Below the pieces are notes generated by a model. The model saw nothing but the letters and a program-made list of their open reading frames with translations, was not told the origin of the DNA and ran no database searches. Shown piece after piece: positions 59,282-64,000 of a stretch of DNA of 64,000 bases. The first letter of the stretch is position 1. Every line of letters starts with the position of its first letter. The DNA comes from a virus (Duplodnaviria; Caudoviricetes). The stretch spans positions 21,081-85,080 of IMG/VR virus record IMGVR_UViG_3300021255_002056. The stretch is one strand, 5' to 3'. The position numbers and the translations under genes were made by a program.

Positions 59282-59294
59282 TTGCCGTTCCTTT

Positions 59295-59930
59295 CTAATC
59301 TATAGGCATTGGTCTTTGCAAGTCTAAGAAATATCCACCATCACGAGCTCTTCGGATCTGAACACCTTCCAAACTTGGCCAACCGTAGTTATTGTCTGTA
59401 TAATTACTTTCTCTTCCTGAGATTTCTAAGTAATCTGCAACTCTTACAACACCATATGCATTAATAATTTCCATCATTCGATAGAATACTGCTTCAGCAT
59501 CTGCTCTGGATTCGAAGACAATCTCGTTGTACTCGTATCCATAATTGGTTCTAGGCTTCGAATAGTAGCTGTTGTTATTGTTACTATTTCTCTGATCATA
59601 ATATGGCTTATAGGAAACATTATTCGACCTATATCCGGATAAATTATTCCTATAATTTGGATTACCTCCGCCACCATAAAGCATCATATCAACAGCCGTA
59701 TTTACAACAGACTGAATCATTCCTTTTACTAAAGGAACTACAACATCTTTTGCGATGTATTCAGTGACAGTCTTCCCATCTTCAGCAATGAACTGTTCTT
59801 TAATTTCCTGCCAAAGACTCTTCTTTTTTGGTTTTGCCGGTGTTGCGACTACCGAAGCCTGCTTTTCGCGTTCAGGCTTTTCTGATTTAATATTCTGATC
59901 TAATGATGTTCTCGTAATGTTGTCTGGCAT
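59295..59930 (-). CDS. Hypothetical protein
   Basis: Start MPDN; C-terminal DNNYGW..L...RARDGGY..DL..P. Confidence 0.6.
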   Translation of the reverse strand: MPDNITRTSLDQNIKSEKPEREKQASVVATPAKPKKKSLWQEIKEQFIAEDGKTVTEYIAKDVVVPLVKGMIQSVVNTAVDMMLYGGGGNPNYRNNLSGYRSNNVSYKPYYDQRNSNNNNSYYSKPRTNYGYEYNEIVFESRADAEAVFYRMMEIINAYGVVRVADYLEISGRESNYTDNNYGWPSLEGVQIRRARDGGYFLDLQRPMPID

Positions 59931-59963
59931 AATACCGTTCCTTTCTACTCTCCTTTCGCGCAA

Positions 59964-59996
59964 AGAAAAAAGAAGACATCATGTGATGTCCTCTTT
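59964..59996 (-). terminator. Intrinsic terminator
   Basis: AAGAGGACATC-ACAT-GATGTCTTCTT followed by TTTTC. Confidence 0.7.
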
Positions 59997-60012
59997 TCGA
60001 CATAGATAAACC

Positions 60013-60318
60013 TTATTCGGTTTTCTGTTCAACAGAATCTTCCGATTTCTGTGCAGCCTTCTCAGCTTTCTTAGCCTCGCGAGAAGCCTTCATGTTCTTC
60101 AATCCATTTGTAGCCTTATTCCAGACAGGAACAATTGCCTTAGTAACTACAAACTTGCCTACATGGAATGCTCCATCTAATGCAAGTGCTGCAATACCTA
60201 ATGCAAGTCCGTCCTTCAGATAATCCCTCTTGGATTCTTCACAAGTAACTTCTTCTTCTTCGCTGCCAATAACAGCTGGTGTAACTTCCATAGATTCGTT
60301 TTTGATTTGTTCTGACAT
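60013..60318 (-). CDS. Small amphipathic/membrane protein
   Basis: LALGIAALALDGAF; AAGGAGG RBS. Confidence 0.6.
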   Translation of the reverse strand: MSEQIKNESMEVTPAVIGSEEEEVTCEESKRDYLKDGLALGIAALALDGAFHVGKFVVTKAIVPVWNKATNGLKNMKASREAKKAEKAAQKSEDSVEQKTE

Positions 60319-60343
60319 AGTATGCCTCCTTATATTTATATAT

Positions 60344-60374
60344 ATGTCATAATAGGTGATGAAAAATACGCGAG
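60344..60374 (-). promoter_or_regulatory. Phage promoter-like motif, copy 3
   Basis: CTCGCGTATTTTTCATCACCTATTATGACAT. Confidence 0.65.
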
Positions 60375-60430
60375 CTAAATATCATTCACCACCAGTAATG
60401 TTTTTCAAACCACCGATCCAATTCTTGGAG

Positions 60431-61282
60431 TCAGTAGGTTCTCCAATAATCCTGGTACTTTGGATAACTTCCATAAGTTATTGAATAACATGGATACCCT
60501 TTCCATTTGCCAGTGGTTATTGTCTTCAGACTGTTTTCATCAATTTCACAGCTAAATCCTTCATATGGAGTTGCTGAACTCCAATAAGAATTTTGAGCTC
60601 TATGAATCTGTGTTTCAGTTAAAATATCAGTAATACGAGGTTCTAGAATGCAATACCACTCGTATTCGCTCATACTTTCATCGAATGATTTTTCTTGCTT
60701 ATCATAGCCTCTTCCTATTGCATATCTGACTTCGTCTAAATTGTTAACAAGCTTATAGAATCCACTTAATTCATCTTGAACTAAGATTTTAAGTGTTTTA
60801 CTATCTTCAGGATTAATGACATTAATATCATCATCCATAGGTGGATTTTTTTCGATGTGATCCTGTGCAATCGCAGTTCTGATCTTTTGCTCTTTCTTCT
60901 CTCCGACAATATCAATTGTCTTTGCTCGATACTCTTCCATCATTGTTCTAGACATTTCGTATGCAGTTGCAAGTGCTGCATTTCTCTTAAGACTTGTGTT
61001 GACAGAACCAACAATGCATAAAGTAGATGTTATACCAGTTGCTACTGCCGGAATATAATCTTTCCATACAGTTTTAACTGTCTGAACTGGAGTAAGTTCC
61101 TCAACCTGAAGCTCTTCTTTTGCTTCTTCGATCTTCTCTGCTGCTTTCGGAGCAGCCTTTGCAGCTAAAACGCTTGTTGTGATAAAACCTCCAATTCCGA
61201 GACCTGCCAGAATTTCTGGAGTATGCTTTCTAGTAATATTTACTAATCTTCCTGCTAAATCCCAAATAATACCTGTATTCAT
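60431..61282 (-). CDS. DUF6353-like protein (paralogue)
   Basis: Start MNTG; KHTPEILAGLGIGGFITTSVLAAKAAPKA. Confidence 0.6.
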   Translation of the reverse strand: MNTGIIWDLAGRLVNITRKHTPEILAGLGIGGFITTSVLAAKAAPKAAEKIEEAKEELQVEELTPVQTVKTVWKDYIPAVATGITSTLCIVGSVNTSLKRNAALATAYEMSRTMMEEYRAKTIDIVGEKKEQKIRTAIAQDHIEKNPPMDDDINVINPEDSKTLKILVQDELSGFYKLVNNLDEVRYAIGRGYDKQEKSFDESMSEYEWYCILEPRITDILTETQIHRAQNSYWSSATPYEGFSCEIDENSLKTITTGKWKGYPCYSITYGSYPKYQDYWRTY

Positions 61283-61295
61283 TTTTTCTCCTTTG

Positions 61296-61327
61296 CAAAG
61301 CAAAAAGAGTCTTATTCAGACTCTTTC
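61296..61327 (-). terminator. Intrinsic terminator
   Basis: AAAGAGTCT-GAATA-AGACTCTTT followed by TTGCTTT. Confidence 0.6.
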
Positions 61328-61536
61328 TTTTGATTCTTATACTGGCTTAAAACGTTTACGAATGATTTAAAATAACGTAGAAACTGATAGCCTAACCATG
61401 AAACTGAAGCTGCTGTGAAACTGCCAATAAGAACATCTTTTCCAATTCTTTTAGCCTCTTTCAATTGCATATCAACTTCTTGATCGTGCTTCTCAGTTAA
61501 TGTTAATTCATTCTTTTCCTTATTTTTAATTTCCAT
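61312..61536 (-). CDS. Small membrane-associated protein
   Basis: AAAGGAG RBS; hydrophobic VLIGSFTAASVSWLGY. Confidence 0.55.
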   Translation of the reverse strand: MEIKNKEKNELTLTEKHDQEVDMQLKEAKRIGKDVLIGSFTAASVSWLGYQFLRYFKSFVNVLSQYKNQKKESE

Positions 61537-61547
61537 ATATAAATCTC

Positions 61548-61578
61548 CTTTCGTAATAGGTCATGAAAAAACAAAGAG
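61548..61578 (-). promoter_or_regulatory. Partial promoter-like motif
   Basis: TTTTTCATGACCTATTACGA matches the 3' half only; the CGC box is absent. Confidence 0.4.
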
Positions 61579-61598
61579 CATCCTCATTGATGCTCTCT
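61566..61598 (-). terminator. Intrinsic terminator
   Basis: AGAGCATC-AATGAG-GATGCTCT followed by TTGTTTTTT. Confidence 0.7.
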
Positions 61599-61758
61599 AT
61601 CTTCCAAATAAAAGTTTCAATAAAAAACCACATATAAAGAAAAATATTATCAAATCTCCAGCGACTAATAATCCAGTAACTCCTCCAGATATTAAAAATA
61701 TTGTTACTATAAAAATTAGAAACGCCAGAAATGCAATAATTCCAAATAATGTGATCAT
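61597..61758 (-). CDS. 53-aa two-helix membrane protein (not in the ORF track)
   Basis: MITLFGIIAFLAFLIFIVTIFLISGGVTGLLVAGDLIIFFFICGFLLKLLFGR; AAAGGAGG RBS, own promoter motif and terminator. Confidence 0.7.
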   Translation of the reverse strand: MITLFGIIAFLAFLIFIVTIFLISGGVTGLLVAGDLIIFFFICGFLLKLLFGR

Positions 61759-61777
61759 AAATTATTAAACACCTCCT

Positions 61778-61808
61778 TTGTCATTAAAGAGGATGCGATT
61801 TCAGCGAA
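61778..61808 (-). promoter_or_regulatory. Phage promoter-like motif, copy 4
   Basis: TTCGCTGAAATCGCATCCTCTTTAATGACAA. Confidence 0.65.
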
Positions 61809-61840
61809 AAAACAAAAGAGGACTTTTTATCGTCCTCTTC
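61807..61840 (-). terminator. Intrinsic terminator
   Basis: AAGAGGAC-GATAAAAA-GTCCTCTT followed by TTGTTTTTT. Confidence 0.7.
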
Positions 61841-62228
61841 TGCCATTGAAGTTGAAAATATCACGTAACGAACTTGTGATCCAACGTCCTCCAGAAGTTG
61901 TATACGTATTGTGTAGTTCAAAGTCCGTAATTCTTTTCATCTGACTCGTAAATATCGTATTTCGTAAACCTAAATCCAATAACAACGTTAAGATTGGCGC
62001 TCCAGCTAAGAACACATCCTTCTTAGTGATTTCTCCGCTCTGCTCAACTTTTTTGAGCTCAACTTCTTTTTCACTTTGAATTTTCTGTTCTTCGTTAAGA
62101 ACGTTCGCAATCGATGTTGCTTTTGAAATGTATTTTACATAATCCTCCGAATCAGCTTCACAAGCATACGCTCTGTCTAAACAATCATTCATTGTATCTT
62201 CCAGATTTTTTCTCGTTTTTTCGTTCAT
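61827..62228 (-). CDS. Hypothetical protein
   Basis: 133 aa between a promoter motif and a terminator. Confidence 0.65.
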   Translation of the reverse strand: MNEKTRKNLEDTMNDCLDRAYACEADSEDYVKYISKATSIANVLNEEQKIQSEKEVELKKVEQSGEITKKDVFLAGAPILTLLLDLGLRNTIFTSQMKRITDFELHNTYTTSGGRWITSSLRDIFNFNGRRGR

Positions 62229-62238
62229 GTATAGTCTC

Positions 62239-62269
62239 CTTTCATTATAGGAACTGAAATATCAGCGAT
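62239..62269 (-). promoter_or_regulatory. Phage promoter-like motif, copy 5
   Basis: ATCGCTGATATTTCAGTTCCTATAATGAAAG. Confidence 0.65.
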
Positions 62270-62444
62270 TAGCAGCAAGTAAAGCTCGATCCATTGCTCC
62301 AGTAGTTACTGATCCCAAAATATAACCAACAGTAAGACTACAAAGAATCATAATTCCGATAGATAAAACTTTACCACTATTGACTATTTCTGAAACTTCT
62401 TCCTTAATTGTCGTTTTTATCTCGTCTTTCTGTTTGTTGAACAT
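62262..62444 (-). CDS. Small membrane protein
   Basis: Hydrophobic VLSIGIMILCSLTVGYILG. Confidence 0.55.
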   Translation of the reverse strand: MFNKQKDEIKTTIKEEVSEIVNSGKVLSIGIMILCSLTVGYILGSVTTGAMDRALLAANR

Positions 62445-62733
62445 TCTTGGAATCTCCTTTCTTTACGACTGGCTTAGTTACTTCTTTCTTCTTTGCTCTT
62501 GGCCATTTAATTCTTTGTCCGCAATGTGCACAGTATTTATCTTTTATTCCACTAAACACATCAATATTATGGAATTCATTACATGACGGACAAAACCATA
62601 CGAGATTTATACCTTCCATCATTTTTGGAGGCTTTGCTGTATCTTTTTCATAAAGCTTCTCAATTTTCTTTATTGAGTATTCTTTTCCACGAATGTGAAC
62701 AATATCATATGGATCTTTTCTAGTCATTTGCAA
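62404..62733 (-). CDS. Zn-ribbon protein
   Basis: CPSCNE...CAHCGQ. Confidence 0.6.
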   Translation of the reverse strand: MQMTRKDPYDIVHIRGKEYSIKKIEKLYEKDTAKPPKMMEGINLVWFCPSCNEFHNIDVFSGIKDKYCAHCGQRIKWPRAKKKEVTKPVVKKGDSKNVQQTERRDKNDN

Positions 62734-63370
62734 TGCTCCTTATTTCTCTTACATATGGAAGGTCGTAGAGAATATCAACGAGCTCGTTCCATTCGTCTAA
62801 CTTGTGGCCAGTCCTCTGTTTAATTATTGTCATTACATTTTCATAGTTCATTGTGATCGTTCTTCTCTGGTTATATGATGATGGAAGTGTTTGGATCATT
62901 TGCCACCACCATATTTTATCTTTTGTTTCTATGAAATTCTGTCTTGCTGTATTCAAACAGTTCAGATTGCTTTTAAAGCCTTCAAGATTTCCTTCAGTTA
63001 AGTGTTCTACACTAAAGTCGTCCAAAGTAAACTCTTTAGCATGAATCTTATGCATTGTACTGCAGCTATTTGAAACTGTCCCGACCTTGTATGTGTCGAA
63101 CTCTTTCCACCAATAAAGTGGCGCAGTAATATCCATTGAGACAAATATCTGCCTAAGATACTTTCTATGCTCCGGACCAGCAGCATAAAGTTTTCTCATA
63201 AGCTCCAGATCATTTGGGCCAATCATTTCAGCTATAATTTTATCGTCCGCATATACAGTTGCAGTTCCGAACATAAGCGAATCACTCTTTGCCCAGCTAT
63301 TAAGAGGATTTCTCATACCTCTGATAGCATGTTCAAAACCCCAAACGTCTATATTTTCAACTTTAATCAT
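62720..63370 (-). CDS. ThyX-like (flavin-dependent thymidylate synthase fold) protein, divergent
   Basis: Start MIKV; EHRKYLR, ITAPLYWWKEFDTY, LPSSYNQRR; lacks the canonical RHRx7S motif. Confidence 0.55.
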   Translation of the reverse strand: MIKVENIDVWGFEHAIRGMRNPLNSWAKSDSLMFGTATVYADDKIIAEMIGPNDLELMRKLYAAGPEHRKYLRQIFVSMDITAPLYWWKEFDTYKVGTVSNSCSTMHKIHAKEFTLDDFSVEHLTEGNLEGFKSNLNCLNTARQNFIETKDKIWWWQMIQTLPSSYNQRRTITMNYENVMTIIKQRTGHKLDEWNELVDILYDLPYVREIRSIAND

Positions 63371-63381
63371 TCTGTTTCTCC

Positions 63382-63681
63382 TTAAACTACATAAATCAGA
63401 ATCACCATCAACAAATGAAAATATTGGTCTTCCCATATCGACATCATGTTGTACCTTGCCTTTAATGCATCAGCCACAATATGAGATACAAGCAATACCA
63501 ATATTTTTATATCGCATCCATATACAACCGCAAACGGAACGCAATAACAAACGCAATGAGCAAACAGGACATACCAATCTTTACCCTTTTCCCTTGCCAT
63601 GTATTCTGTCTGCATGAAGTAATCGCCAACAAAGTGGCACATGATTACTTTAATAATGTTTGCTATCATTCTGCTTTTCAT
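63382..63681 (-). CDS. DUF3307-like membrane protein
   Basis: HFVGDYFMQ, AHCVCY, H..AD, DQ.FH. Confidence 0.6.
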   Translation of the reverse strand: MKSRMIANIIKVIMCHFVGDYFMQTEYMAREKGKDWYVLFAHCVCYCVPFAVVYGCDIKILVLLVSHIVADALKARYNMMSIWEDQYFHLLMVILIYVV

Positions 63682-64000
63682 GTTTCAGTAACATCCTGCA
63701 CTTTTTGTGAAAACGTTCTAATCCAAAGTCTTTTATTACATTAAGAAGATCGAGAATAAGCTTTTCCGTTTCAGGATGAAAATATCTTCCGCCACGAACT
63801 TTAATGTAATAATTTAATGGTTCGTCTTCAGTCCACTTTTCCTTGCTATATGTTTTTCCGGCTCCAATCCAGTCGCATACCATCTCAATTACGTACTTAA
63901 GCGGTATTTTGTTGGCGATTATTTTGCCATCATCTGAAAAATCAGTCCACCATTCCCAATGATGCTTGTTGTGGCCTTTATGATGTAACCATGCGACCGA
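63650..64000 (-). CDS. DUF5662-like HD-type hydrolase, 5' truncated by the window edge
   Basis: Frame is open to the window end: AWLHHKGHNKHHWEWW...EMVCDWIGAG. Confidence 0.65.
   Translation of the reverse strand, partial: SVAWLHHKGHNKHHWEWWTDFSDDGKIIANKIPLKYVIEMVCDWIGAGKTYSKEKWTEDEPLNYYIKVRGGRYFHPETEKLILDLLNVIKDFGLERFHKKCRMLLKHEKQNDSKHY

Noticed and set aside
62239-62269. Host sigmaA promoter reading of the TATAAT inside the repeated motif
   Set aside because: There is no TTGACA at 17 bp, and a start site 7 nt downstream would cut into the adjoining Shine-Dalgarno; a phage-specific reading was preferred.
1-64000. Stop-codon reassignment
   Set aside because: Long core genes are intact under code 11, and TAG (polymerase) and TGA (RNAP) both end genes at sensible positions.
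1-64000. tRNA genes, integrase, att site, CI-type immunity module
   Set aside because: None recognised by eye; tRNAscan-SE and HMM searches would be needed to exclude them formally.

Overview
The window is a large segment of a tailed dsDNA phage (siphovirus) genome. The low GC and strong AAAGGAG Shine-Dalgarno sites suggest a Firmicutes host. Essentially all real genes lie on the minus strand; the plus-strand ORFs are antisense shadows. Read in transcription direction (64000 to 1), the modules are: (1) an early region of small, membrane or Zn-finger proteins, with ThyX-like and DUF5662-like genes and two DUF6353-like paralogues; (2) a replication module with an SF3 helicase-primase-exonuclease-PolB fusion, an SSB, an SF2 helicase, an AT-rich iteron region, and VRR-NUC and PD-(D/E)xK nucleases; (3) a 998-aa protein carrying the motifs of a single-subunit two-barrel RNA polymerase; (4) packaging genes (candidate cos, terS-like, HNH, head-tail connector, terL); (5) an accessory block between terL and portal with two papain-fold toxin-like genes each followed by an immunity-like gene, four proteins with a shared N-terminal L-x-H leader, and a six-gene Cys-rich module; (6) HK97-type portal, protease-capsid fusion, tail genes and a 2518-aa tape measure; (7) adsorption/accessory genes including a CotH-kinase-like giant tail protein, a BspA/DUF285-like repeat protein, a GT2 glycosyltransferase and a catalytically degenerate amidase. 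No integrase, CRISPR array, tRNA or reverse transcriptase was seen. The best candidate for a new system combines three parts: a protease-site-like leader that may target cargo (a toxin and the RNA polymerase) into the capsid, a polymorphic toxin-immunity array, and a phage RNAP with a matching 31-bp promoter-like motif. All family assignments come from motif recognition by eye; no database searches were run.
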